This document shows, in pieces, positions 53,122 to 62,610 of a stretch of 64,000 nucleotides of DNA; the first letter of the stretch is position 1, and the number at the start of each line of letters is the position of its first letter. Source of the stretch: Nitrospirota bacterium (GTDB taxonomy: Bacteria; Nitrospirota; UBA9217); assembly GCA_963737155.1 (NCBI GenBank), contig CAVTRN010000001.1, positions 1,472,001 through 1,536,000 on the forward strand, written 5' to 3'. Made by a program: the position numbers and the translations under genes. The notes beneath the pieces were generated by a model. That model saw only the letters and a list, made by a program, of their open reading frames with translations, ran no database searches and had not been told where the DNA came from.

Positions 53122-53586
53122 ATGACTACTTTTATTCGTAAAAGCAAATTGCTATCTTTGTTTTATGCGTCTTCTATGGTGTTGCTCTTCCATTATTGTT
53201 ATGGCTTAATAAAACATTCAGTTTGGAGTAAAGCTCTCGGTTTTGTAAGCATGGATATTTCGACCCCAAAATGGTTGATATTTGCCTTGGTACTATTTAC
53301 AAATTTTATAGCGGATATAACCTCATCACTAATAGCTGCGATAATTCCAGGTTTTCTTCTTTTTTATGTTCTGAAAAAGAGCGCCACCTATTATAGCCTT
53401 CCAGCAGTTTTGGTTTTTATAGCCTTAAGTCCTCGGCTGCGGAAATTATGGAGTGCGCCGAAGCTAGAAACAAAAATTAGCCTATTAATAGGGCCATTCT
53501 TGGCAGCTTTCGTGTATCTATCTGTCGTTTGGCTTTTTCAAAAGTATCTCATCAAACGCATGGGAAACAACATCAACCAAGCGTAA
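53122..53586 (+). CDS. 4-TM membrane protein, candidate immunity for the RHS2 CT
   Basis: Directly follows the CT, hydrophobic. Confidence 0.7.
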   Translation: MTTFIRKSKLLSLFYASSMVLLFHYCYGLIKHSVWSKALGFVSMDISTPKWLIFALVLFTNFIADITSSLIAAIIPGFLLFYVLKKSATYYSLPAVLVFIALSPRLRKLWSAPKLETKISLLIGPFLAAFVYLSVVWLFQKYLIKRMGNNINQA

Positions 53587-53589
53587 CCT

Positions 53590-53900
53590 ATCACCCCGCC
53601 GCTACGTTCTTCTGTACCAGCGCATCGAGATAATGCAGGAGAACCATCTGGTCTCCTTTCGGAAGGCCATCTCATTTTTAACTGCCGCCTCGATGACCAC
53701 GTGTTTCGGACGTTGCTTGACTTACTCGGCAATCAATGATTTAATTAGCCCTCAAGTGCACCTATGATCCTTGGAAAAACTGTCGAAAAACGAGTTGCGT
53801 CATAAGATTTATTGCTCTCGGAAGGCCGTATGGATAAAGGGTTTTCCCCTGATGAGCCGAAGCCGCTGGACGGGATGATCCACACCGATCATCTCGGCAC
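53590..53900. repeat. About 300-bp inter-cassette repeat, copy 1 (others: 54778-54861 plus 56253-56470, and 57798-58125)
   Basis: Shared ACCAGCGCATCGAGATAATGCA block and GACGGG-x-TGATCCAC-x-CCGATCATCT junction. Confidence 0.8.
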
Positions 53901-54456
53901 TCCGCAGATAATGACGAATAGTTCCGGGGCAGTTGTGTGGTCTGCATACTATAAAGCGTTCGGTGCAGCGACCGTCACCGTATCGACGATCACGAATAAT
54001 CTGCGATTCCCTGGGCAGTACTACGATGCAGAGACAGGCTTGAACTATAATTACTTCAGGGACTATAATCCAGTGATCGGGAATTACATAGAACCTGATC
54101 GTGTCAATTTAAAATCTTTACAGCTTCCCCTGCCGCTTTTTAAAGCGAAAATTCACTTTCCAAATATAAATGAAACTAATTTGAAAAAAATACTAACCAA
54201 CTATTCTCTCTATCATCCACAAACACAGAATCCATATCCCTATGTAGACGATAATCCAAACAACCGGACAGATCCTGATGGTGAATTTTGGCCGGAAATT
54301 ATAATCGGGATTATCATAAGTGGACTAATCGCAGAAATGATATATAGTGGATTACATCCAGAAGAAGAACCCCCACAACATATCGATCCAGAACAGCCTG
54401 ATCTTAATCAACCAACCCCTACGCGGCGGCCTTTAGAACCATGTGAAAGGGAATAA
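53875..54456 (+). CDS. Orphan RHS core-tip/CT module 1
   Basis: HTDHLGTP...PGQYYD...DPDGE, then a TM helix and a Pro-rich tail. Confidence 0.85.
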   Translation: MIHTDHLGTPQIMTNSSGAVVWSAYYKAFGAATVTVSTITNNLRFPGQYYDAETGLNYNYFRDYNPVIGNYIEPDRVNLKSLQLPLPLFKAKIHFPNINETNLKKILTNYSLYHPQTQNPYPYVDDNPNNRTDPDGEFWPEIIIGIIISGLIAEMIYSGLHPEEEPPQHIDPEQPDLNQPTPTRRPLEPCERE

Positions 54457-54457
54457 A

Positions 54458-54766
54458 ATGTTGACTTCTTTATGGGATATATTCGGAAGGCATTCGAAAA
54501 TATTTGTGGTATTTGCAGGGTTAGTTGTTATTTTGTGCTCAGTGTTTTTTTATATTAATAAACGAGAGAAAGCTTACAACAAATATTACTTGGCAGGATA
54601 CCTTGTTGTTTTTTTCGGGATATGCGTTTCACTGATTAGAATATTATTATCAGTGCGATCTTGGGGCTTGATGATCTTATCGTTAATTCTTTATCTAATT
54701 GGCTTCATAGTAGTTCTATACGGTGGGAAGAAACGAAAGGAAGCTGACAGTCTTCAAAAAAAGTAG
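54458..54766 (+). CDS. 3-TM candidate immunity protein for orphan CT1
   Basis: Starts 1 nt after the CT stop, hydrophobic. Confidence 0.7.
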   Translation: MLTSLWDIFGRHSKIFVVFAGLVVILCSVFFYINKREKAYNKYYLAGYLVVFFGICVSLIRILLSVRSWGLMILSLILYLIGFIVVLYGGKKRKEADSLQKK

Positions 54767-54869
54767 GATTGAGGTTATTATCAACCCTGCCGCGACGTAC
54801 TTCTGAACCAGCACATCGAGATAATGCAAGAGAGTTATTGGTCCCTTTCAGAGGGCTCTAATATTATTT

Positions 54870-56244
54870 GGCTCATGGCACCCTTCTGTGGGTAAAAGAC
54901 CACGGATGGAATCGATTCATCCAGGGAGTGCAGGCCTGAATGATCTTCAAATCTAGATAGGCATTGTCTCGATAACCGTATGCGCGGCGAATTACATTTC
55001 TTGCTTTAGCGTTTGCGGCCTCAATAAATCCAAGCGGCGCTTTATTATCGCAATACGCCAAAATACCATCCAGATGCTTTTCCACCATACGTGCGAATTT
55101 TTGCATCGGCTTCAGTCGACTCCATTTAAGTTGGTCTACCCAACCTCGAAAGAACTTGCGTGCCCATGTTATTGATTCATAGCTCCACAAGTGCCCAAAC
55201 GTCTCTTTCATCAAATGCGCCTTAAACAATCGCTTATTTGCTCGCAATGCGTCATTCAGCTCTACCCGCGCATTTCCTCGTACATGGGCTTGACGGGAAA
55301 GCAGAATAAATTTTTTCCCCGACAGTCGGCCTTTCATCCATTTCCCGGCCTTTCGGATCTCCTGTACTCGCACAGCATTAAGAGCTTTTAGTAAGTGTTG
55401 GATAACGTGAAACTTATCGTAAATAATCTGCGCACTCGGACAGTGCTTACGGACACTGTTGCGGAACGGCTTCCACATGTCCATTACTGCATGGGTGATT
55501 ATATGAGCACGCTCTTTGCCAAACCACTTCCAGAACTTGCTCAAGTTGCGTTCTTTTCGCCCTTTCCCCACAAACAGCATCTCGGGACCACGAGGTCCAT
55601 CCAGAGCGCTTATCATGTGCTTATACTTATGTCCCTTGCCCTTTCCATGGGAAAGTTCATCCATGCCCAATACGTTTATGCCGTCCAGAGGGCGGTTTGC
55701 CTGCTCTTCCTGTAACGCCTGTTTATCAATCGCCTTGACCGTATGTCGGTGCAGCATCAGGATATCGCCCACGGCCTTGACCGTTGTCACTTTGCACAAT
55801 TCCTTGGTTACATGCGCCAATTCTGCGGTGACCCGCGGTCCTCGGACATCTACAAAATCAAGAGGTTCCGATAAAATCCCGCACGCTTTACAGTTGCCGC
55901 GGTAGCGCTCGAATCGGATAAATGTTGGGGTACTCCAAAACAGTAAATGGCGGACCTCAAATTCCTTGCTGTCGTATCCACCGATGTCTATCACACCACA
56001 CTTCGCGCATGTATGAGTTTCATGATCCCGAGCTATCGTAACAATGACGGATATACGTTCCTTTCGGTATCCTATATCAAACTCCGTCACATGATGCCCT
56101 TGAATTCCTAATAAGCGTGTGAGATAATCTAAATGCATCCGGAAGGCCCCTCCTTGCTTAATGATTGCGAGTCATTTGCAAGAAGTTAACGCTTTCCGGG
56201 TGTCTTTTCAACGCATTTCAGCCCATAGTATCGTGCCAAGAGCC
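54870..56244 (-). mobile_element. ISL3-family insertion sequence
   Basis: IRs GGCTCATGGCAC / GTGCCAAGAGCC. 8-bp TSD TATTATTT (54862-54869 and 56245-56252). Confidence 0.92.
54873..56138 (-). CDS. ISL3-family transposase
   Basis: Zn finger, LGMDE, MDMWKPF, YDKFHV, EAAN...RRAYGYR. Confidence 0.93.
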   Translation of the reverse strand: MHLDYLTRLLGIQGHHVTEFDIGYRKERISVIVTIARDHETHTCAKCGVIDIGGYDSKEFEVRHLLFWSTPTFIRFERYRGNCKACGILSEPLDFVDVRGPRVTAELAHVTKELCKVTTVKAVGDILMLHRHTVKAIDKQALQEEQANRPLDGINVLGMDELSHGKGKGHKYKHMISALDGPRGPEMLFVGKGRKERNLSKFWKWFGKERAHIITHAVMDMWKPFRNSVRKHCPSAQIIYDKFHVIQHLLKALNAVRVQEIRKAGKWMKGRLSGKKFILLSRQAHVRGNARVELNDALRANKRLFKAHLMKETFGHLWSYESITWARKFFRGWVDQLKWSRLKPMQKFARMVEKHLDGILAYCDNKAPLGFIEAANAKARNVIRRAYGYRDNAYLDLKIIQACTPWMNRFHPWSFTHRRVP

Positions 56245-56444
56245 TATTATTTTAACCACCGTTACAAAGCCGAGTGCAGATGCTGCTTGACTTGTGTTGT
56301 GATCAATGGCTTAATATCAATTGCACTTATGCTTTTACAATAAAGTGTCGAAAAACGTATGGTGTCGTAAGTGTATGTTGTGCTGATAACTCCGCATGGA
56401 TACAGGTCCTTTCTCTTATCGTCTGTGATTGCTTGGACGGGCTG

Positions 56445-56972
56445 ATCCACCCCGATCATCTCGGTACGCCGCAAATGATAACGAACAGTTCCGGAGCAGT
56501 TGTGTGGTTTGCCTACTATAAAGCGTTCGGTGCAGCAACCTTAACCGTATCAACGATCACGAACAACCTGAGATTCCCAGGGCAGTACTTCGATGCTGAG
56601 ACGGGGCTACATCAGAACTGGAATCGTGATTACAATTTTTCAAATGGTCGATACCTTGAAGCGGATCCTTTTTTGCTTCCACTTTTTTATCAAGGCAAAA
56701 TATTATTCGTCCCACCATATATCACAAAAAATCCAAACCTCATACCCGTTTATCTTTATGGGGTAAATAATCCTACGAAATATATCGATTCAAATGGTTA
56801 TAAAGCAGCACAATGTAATCCATGTCCTTATGGAAATCAGCCATGGGTTGCATGCATCATGCTGTGTGATACAGCGTGTGCTGCAGCTTTTATTGTTGAG
56901 GCCCCCCCTATAGCGGTTATTTGTATTATCACATGCCATGCAGCTTGCGAGGGCCAAAAGTGCGAGAAATAA
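56445..56972 (+). CDS. Orphan RHS core-tip/CT module 2 (Cys-rich hydrophobic hairpin CT), no clear start codon
   Basis: HPDHLGTP...PGQYFD...NNPTKYIDSNGY, then CIMLCDTAC...ICIITCHAAC. Confidence 0.8.
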   Translation: MHPDHLGTPQMITNSSGAVVWFAYYKAFGAATLTVSTITNNLRFPGQYFDAETGLHQNWNRDYNFSNGRYLEADPFLLPLFYQGKILFVPPYITKNPNLIPVYLYGVNNPTKYIDSNGYKAAQCNPCPYGNQPWVACIMLCDTACAAAFIVEAPPIAVICIITCHAACEGQKCEK

Positions 56973-57300
56973 CATTAATCTAGTTATAGAGGTGTGTCCG
57001 TCCGCTACTTTTATTTGATATCAGAACCGGAATAAGCCTTAAATCTTTTAAATTGTTGTTTATTATCAGACCCCGTTATGATGAGGCGGTGGAAGTTTTC
57101 TTTTACTGGCAACAACAAAATAGACAAAATCAGTAACGGCAGTTTTAATTGTAAGGTTTCCGCAATAGAGTATAGTTAGTCTTCTAGATTGCTACTACAT
57201 ATCATTCGAATAACGGATAGGGAGCATTTTATATCTGTTAATAAATCGTTGGGCAGCAATTAAAAAAGTTTATTTATTGTTACTTTAGGGGGTGAGCATA

Positions 57301-57756
57301 ATGATGGATTGGATTCCGTACCTAATCCCGCTGTGGATATTTGCAATCTTTATCATCAAAGATATAATTCAAAAGGGATCACTAAAGACAATGCAATCGC
57401 ATTACAGTGAGACATTTTTCACGGATCTTCCGCCCCATAAAACTTTCAAAGCAATAATAGCATTCGCGAACCAAAATGGTTATCAAATTGACGACATCGA
57501 CGAACAACATCTTGCAGTAATATTAAACGAAAGAATGACATGGAAAAGCTATGGCTCCTTCTACCCAATTTATGTTCATGAACAGGCTACCAGAACAATG
57601 GTGGAAGTTGGTGTTACAAGCAAGAGCGGAAAAATTTTTTTAATTAGTCCATTCGTCAAAAAGGTCATAACTGTGCGTCTCGAACGTATGCTTAACGCTG
57701 TTAAAGGAGCGGTGTTCGCCTATGAAAGAACAGAGAAAGATGAAAAAGAATATTAA
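57301..57756 (+). CDS. Hypothetical protein with N-terminal TM, possible immunity
   Basis: GGGGGTG RBS. Lies between orphan CT2 and repeat copy 3. Confidence 0.6.
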   Translation: MMDWIPYLIPLWIFAIFIIKDIIQKGSLKTMQSHYSETFFTDLPPHKTFKAIIAFANQNGYQIDDIDEQHLAVILNERMTWKSYGSFYPIYVHEQATRTMVEVGVTSKSGKIFLISPFVKKVITVRLERMLNAVKGAVFAYERTEKDEKEY

Positions 57757-58084
57757 AAAGTTGTAGGGTAGGGTTAAGCGCGGAGCAACCTGACATTATC
57801 ATCACCCTGCCGCTACGTTCTTTCGTACCAGCGCATCGAGATAATGCAAGAGAACCTTCTGGTCACTTTTCGGAAGGCTCTCTATCTTTTTTAACCGCCG
57901 TCACAAGGCCGCGTGCTGCGGATCGCGCTGGACCTACCCAGTGATCAATGATTTAATAGGCTATCCTGTATACCTATGATCTTTGAAAAAAGTGTTGAAA
58001 AAAGAGAAATGGCATAAGAGTATGTTGCTCTCGGAAGACCTCATGGATTAAGGGTTATTCCCGTATGAGCCGCGGTCGCTTGAC

Positions 58085-58125
58085 GGGTTGATCCACACCG
58101 ATCATCTTGGCACCCAACAGATGAT
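58085..58125 (+). pseudogene. Stub of a third orphan RHS module
   Basis: LIHTDHLGTQQMM, then homology ends. Confidence 0.6.
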
Positions 58126-58369
58126 GAGTGCACCATCTGTGATTGGGGTAGGTTCTCTAAGTGTATGTCAGACAACTCATATTATTCAGACTCTAATGGT
58201 ATAAGTGATTGTGCAAAATGCATCATCAGCGCAATAGCTAATTTTAGAACAACTCCCGATATTCGGCTCCTTGTTTGTTCAACGTAGCCTGTCACGCCCA
58301 ATCTTATTGATATTAGTCAACCTCCTGTCAATTCCTACCCATTATCGAGAATCTTTGCAAACAAAAGCT

Positions 58370-58435
58370 CCGGGGATTTCATAGCATAAAACTAGGGTTT
58401 CCCCGATTGCCGTTAAGGTATTAAAATGCTACCTT
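58370..58435 (+). promoter_or_regulatory. Regulon box I with promoter
   Basis: CCGGGGATTTCATAGCATAAAACTAGGGTTTCCCCGA-TTGCCG-17nt-TACCTT. Confidence 0.7.
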
Positions 58436-58603
58436 CTATTATGTACTGACAAGATATCCTTAGATATCTCCGCAATTCAGAGAGGTTGCTTGTATAACGG
58501 AAAAGAACAGAGGAGTACTTTTTGAACGATATTGAGTGAATAATAACCTCTGCCTATGAGCTTGAACAATGTGCACATATCATTTTAACAGGACCTAACG
58601 CCT

Positions 58604-59125
58604 ATGGTTCCTTTAATTAGCGTGGTAGTTGCCAGCGTTTCCGTTATAGTAGTCGTATGCGGACTGATCTATCAAGACAAACGCGCAAGACAATCACTGA
58701 ATATCGATTTGTTGTTGAAATTTGATGTGCGCTTTAACGATGAATCTTTTAAGGCAGTAAGACGTGCAGCAGCAAAGTCAATTTATGATTTCAGGATGAA
58801 TAAGAATAAAGATAAAGTGAGAGAAGAAGTTTTTGATTTTTTTGAGACAGTCGGTCTGTTATTGAGAAAGTACAAGCTGGACAAAGAACTCGTCTGGAGT
58901 ACATTTATCGAATGGGTTCGAGGTTATTGGCAAGCAGGTAATATGTATATTGGGAAAGAACAGAAGGACGACGAAACCCGTTGGCAGGACTTCACATACT
59001 TGTTTAAGGAATTAACAAAAGCAGATCAACGTCTAAAAAAGCGCATGATGGATCGTTCGGACGAAGACCCAGTATTGTCGGATAATGCTATTTCGAGATT
59101 TCTCAAAAAAGAGATGACTCTCTAA
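58604..59125 (+). CDS. DUF4760-like protein with N-terminal TM
   Basis: TM followed by VFDFFETVGLLLR...LD.ELV...W...F.YL. Confidence 0.65.
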   Translation: MVPLISVVVASVSVIVVVCGLIYQDKRARQSLNIDLLLKFDVRFNDESFKAVRRAAAKSIYDFRMNKNKDKVREEVFDFFETVGLLLRKYKLDKELVWSTFIEWVRGYWQAGNMYIGKEQKDDETRWQDFTYLFKELTKADQRLKKRMMDRSDEDPVLSDNAISRFLKKEMTL

Positions 59126-59144
59126 AACCGATAGGAGGACTCTC

Positions 59145-59402
59145 GTGGAATTTTATCAATGTTCCTGCCCCGGAACAGGAAGAGTGATTCTTGATGGAAT
59201 CGACCAGGGGCCTAACAAGGACAGTGCGGGTAACCTGCTGACTAAACAGTGCGATGCTGGGCCGCACACTATTAGCGTACTGTACGATGCTGGCAATACA
59301 TGCTCTCCAGCTCAAATCAAAATCGAAATAAAGGATACTGACCCGATTTCACCCATGGAGATAGTATTTAACTGCGAAAAATGGCAGACTATATGGCTAT
59401 GA
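59145..59402 (+). CDS. Small hypothetical protein (PEGA-like beta domain)
   Basis: AGGAGG RBS. VILDG..QG...GPHTISV. Confidence 0.6.
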   Translation: MEFYQCSCPGTGRVILDGIDQGPNKDSAGNLLTKQCDAGPHTISVLYDAGNTCSPAQIKIEIKDTDPISPMEIVFNCEKWQTIWL

Positions 59403-59880
59403 TCCAACTACTACAGCAGACTTTTATTGTTTACCAGCAGAGGTTTTTTGCTATGTGATAGATATGCATTGTGATTTCTTTCCCTATGGTAGTCGCCGAG
59501 CTCAATGACATGAGTGGGCGCTATTGTTGGACACTGTCATTTATTAGACCGTTCCGGACAAACTTCTCTGATTAATCTGGCAATATCACGTAAATCCCAT
59601 CCGTTATAAGTTAAAATTATATTGATCTCCCCGTATAAAAACATGGGGGCGTAGATCCCGATGATTTAGATGATTTCGGTTGAAGCGATACGCACATGCT
59701 CTGCAGAGACGACGTTGCACTTGTCCACTGTAGCAGCGATGAGGATGCCTCGTGCGAGGTCATATGCTCTCTGAGCCTTCCACACCCGTAATATATTTCT
59801 AAATCTAAATTAGCTTCCAGTTTAATTCCATAGCGGTGTAATAATCTGCCTTGTCTTCGAGAAAATTTATCAATTAAGAC

Positions 59881-59946
59881 CAAGGGTTTTCGAAGCACGA
59901 AACTAGGAGTTACCTGATTGCCATTAAGATATGGAAATGCTACCTT
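59881..59946 (+). promoter_or_regulatory. Regulon box J with promoter (paralogous to box I)
   Basis: CAAGGGTTTTCGAAGCACGAAACTAGGAGTTACCTGA-TTGCCA-17nt-TACCTT. Confidence 0.65.
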
Positions 59947-60202
59947 CTACTATGTGCTGTCAAGATATCCAAGATGTATCCAAGATTCAAAAAGATTAAT
60001 TATTGGCATTGAATACTATTAATATTGCGGAATATAGATGATGTTATTTCACATTATATAAAATTGACAACGATTTAATAAGTTTATTTTGCTATTGATG
60101 GGAGATCTCTGATAGTGGTTATTCTCAGAACACCCTAATGCATTCAGTCTCGTGTGTCTCTATTGCTCATAAAATGCCAAAGAATAAAAAAAGGAGGATA
60201 CC

Positions 60203-60775
60203 ATGGAGCGCCAAGGGTTGTTTGGGGGATTAATCGCAGTACTTTTCCTCATCGCATTGCAAACGAGTCTCGTCGGGGCCGCCCGACGTCGCGCAGGCAC
60301 TAGCCGTAACGTAAAATTCATGGACTTGATCATAACCTCTGACGACGAGAACTATAGTCTCTCACGGCTTCAATTCTATCTCTGGACCGTCTTCATCGTT
60401 ATAGGATTCGGAGCTGTATTCGCATCGAAATTCCAAATCCCTGTGATTCCACAAAATTTAACTCTTCTAATGGGGGTTAATCTGTCGGCAGCCGTCGTAT
60501 CAACCGCCATCACTACATGGAAAGGAGTACCACCATTAGATCCAACGGATAAGTCAGACTTCGTAAAAGACATATTCTTTGAAAACAAGGGTAGTCTTGA
60601 TTTACCTAGGACGCAGATGTTTATCTGGACTGTAATCTCTCTTCTTGTATTTTCAGCTATGTTGATTAAAACCATTACAGACGGAAACCCGCTTTTACCC
60701 GATATACCTTCAGGGCTTGTTGCCCTTATGGGATTGAGCCACGGAGCTTATTTGGGGACAAAGGCGGCAAAGTGA
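60203..60775 (+). CDS. Internally duplicated multi-TM membrane protein
   Basis: AAGGAGG RBS. Repeated SLSRLQFYLWT..IP..L.LMG / DLPRTQMFIWT..IP..L.LMG units. Confidence 0.8.
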   Translation: MERQGLFGGLIAVLFLIALQTSLVGAARRRAGTSRNVKFMDLIITSDDENYSLSRLQFYLWTVFIVIGFGAVFASKFQIPVIPQNLTLLMGVNLSAAVVSTAITTWKGVPPLDPTDKSDFVKDIFFENKGSLDLPRTQMFIWTVISLLVFSAMLIKTITDGNPLLPDIPSGLVALMGLSHGAYLGTKAAK

Positions 60776-60958
60776 ATTGCCCTGAAGCATAGCTGCGGGT
60801 ATCCTAATATAGTTAGAACCTTAAGTCTGAATTATCAATAAAGAGGAGAGTCGCAATGAATTACCAAGATAATAAGACATTCTAAATTAACTCATAAATA
60901 TTCTTAGCCGTGTTATTTTAAAAACCAGAATATCTGGATAAAACAAAGGAGGATAATT

Positions 60959-61948
60959 ATGCATTCTTGTCGATTTTTGAGGAAAAAATTGCGGGGCATC
61001 TCCATGCTTGTTGTTATCGTGAATGGTCTATGTCTTGCTGGTTGCGCAACCACTTCGGTTATTAACTCAGGCGCAAATTTGGCTAAAGTAGGGCAAACAA
61101 CTGCAATACAAATGGGGGAAAATATAACCCTATCAGAAAACTCTATTGTCGCGTTGAAAAAGGCTGTGGCATTTAACGATGGATATAATGGGGTTGCAGG
61201 AAACCCAGGTTCCGAGACATTTCTAACAAATATAGAGTCAATTCAAAGTAAGTTAGATAAGTATGGTTCTATGATTGATAAGTTATCGTCGTCGTATTCT
61301 GCTTTGGGGGATTTAGCCGGATATAACGCTGTAAGCAACTTTAACTCATCAATAGATTCTTTGGCCACATCAGCGACTAATTTCGCCAGTGCTATAGGAA
61401 AAACAATCGTTATTCCGACAGAAGTTAAATCTGGCGTCAATACTATTGGGGGATTCGTACTAGGTGCTGTGCAGGCTGAAAATGTTAAGAATGCAAGCCA
61501 ACAAATCGAGGTGGTCCTCAAACAAGTGATTAATGTATTGGATGATCCGGGCACCAAGGCCAAATTAATTCCAGTTCAAAAAGAAGTTGAAGGACAAATA
61601 AGTCAAGCAGCTGATGTTTTATATTTTAATGGCGTTTACTCATATGGGCCACTACTGGATGAACTAGGTTCTCCTTTAGGTTTCAAGTCTACGTCTACAT
61701 CAGATTCTATCGTTACCAAAAATGATAAAATCAAAAAAGGGCTTAATTATGTCGCCGTTGAAATAGCCCAAGAGCAGGTCATTGCTCAAGGTACTTCGTA
61801 CGATAAGAGCCTTGCCGCTTTAAAAGCATTGATTCCGTTACATGAAAGCCTACAAAAAGGTGCGCCTTTAAATATGAATACAGTCCTGAATATCATTAAC
61901 CAACTGCAAGACATTTCCACATCAATCCAACCAGTAAAGGAGAAATAA
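60959..61948 (+). CDS. Alpha-helical lipoprotein (329 aa)
   Basis: AAGGAGG RBS, lipobox LAGC. Confidence 0.82.
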   Translation: MHSCRFLRKKLRGISMLVVIVNGLCLAGCATTSVINSGANLAKVGQTTAIQMGENITLSENSIVALKKAVAFNDGYNGVAGNPGSETFLTNIESIQSKLDKYGSMIDKLSSSYSALGDLAGYNAVSNFNSSIDSLATSATNFASAIGKTIVIPTEVKSGVNTIGGFVLGAVQAENVKNASQQIEVVLKQVINVLDDPGTKAKLIPVQKEVEGQISQAADVLYFNGVYSYGPLLDELGSPLGFKSTSTSDSIVTKNDKIKKGLNYVAVEIAQEQVIAQGTSYDKSLAALKALIPLHESLQKGAPLNMNTVLNIINQLQDISTSIQPVKEK

Positions 61949-61951
61949 TTT

Positions 61952-62293
61952 ATGCCTGACAACCAACCTACTACTGAAAATTTATTGGCAAGTCTAGCGT
62001 CAGCTGCTGATGCTGCACGTCAAGCGTATTTAACAGCTGCTGCAGCTAATCCTGGAGCAGATCTCAGCCAGTTATATCTAAAAGAGATGGCAGCTCTAGC
62101 TGCATATAGTGATGCAGAAGATAAGGCGCTTGATGCTACTGACCCCAATATTGGCAAAGCTCAAGGAAATCTGGATGCTGCAACTCAAATGATAAGAAAA
62201 GAATTATCAACTATCACAAATTTATCTTCTTGGCTTACAATCTTAGACAACCTTGTCAATTTAGCAGCAACTGTAAGCAAGTTCTTTGTCTAG
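61952..62293 (+). CDS. Small Ala-rich helical protein
   Basis: AAGGAG RBS inside the end of the upstream gene. Amphipathic C-terminus. Confidence 0.78.
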   Translation: MPDNQPTTENLLASLASAADAARQAYLTAAAANPGADLSQLYLKEMAALAAYSDAEDKALDATDPNIGKAQGNLDAATQMIRKELSTITNLSSWLTILDNLVNLAATVSKFFV

Positions 62294-62610
62294 CAGTTCA
62301 AAAGCTATTTTTAGCAAGAATTAGAGGGGACTAAACCTTTACAGTTTGGTCTCCTCAAGCACTGTCTTTCCCTCCGACTTTCACAGCGATTAGGGCTGCT
62401 GTTCGACTGCTTGCAAACAGTAGTCTGATAAATATAAGGCCGATTTGAAGAAGTAGCCAAGCCGCTAGAGGGCACAGCAGGGCCCGCATAGGGGGGTTGC
62501 CGGTGACTGTCTAGCGTGCACTGAGTTTTCGTCAGGTTCGGGGGACAATCTGGGATCACTAAAGTTAACCAGAATTGATGGACTGAGAACGATATAGCTG
62601 GAGAGTAACC

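Noticed and set aside
47190-58125. Diversity-generating retroelement behind the variable repeats
   Set aside because: There is no reverse transcriptase, and the differences include indels and are not adenine-specific.
62470-62555. Group II intron domain V relic on the minus strand
   Set aside because: Only AACCCCCCTATGCGGGCCC resembles D5, and the complementary arm is missing.
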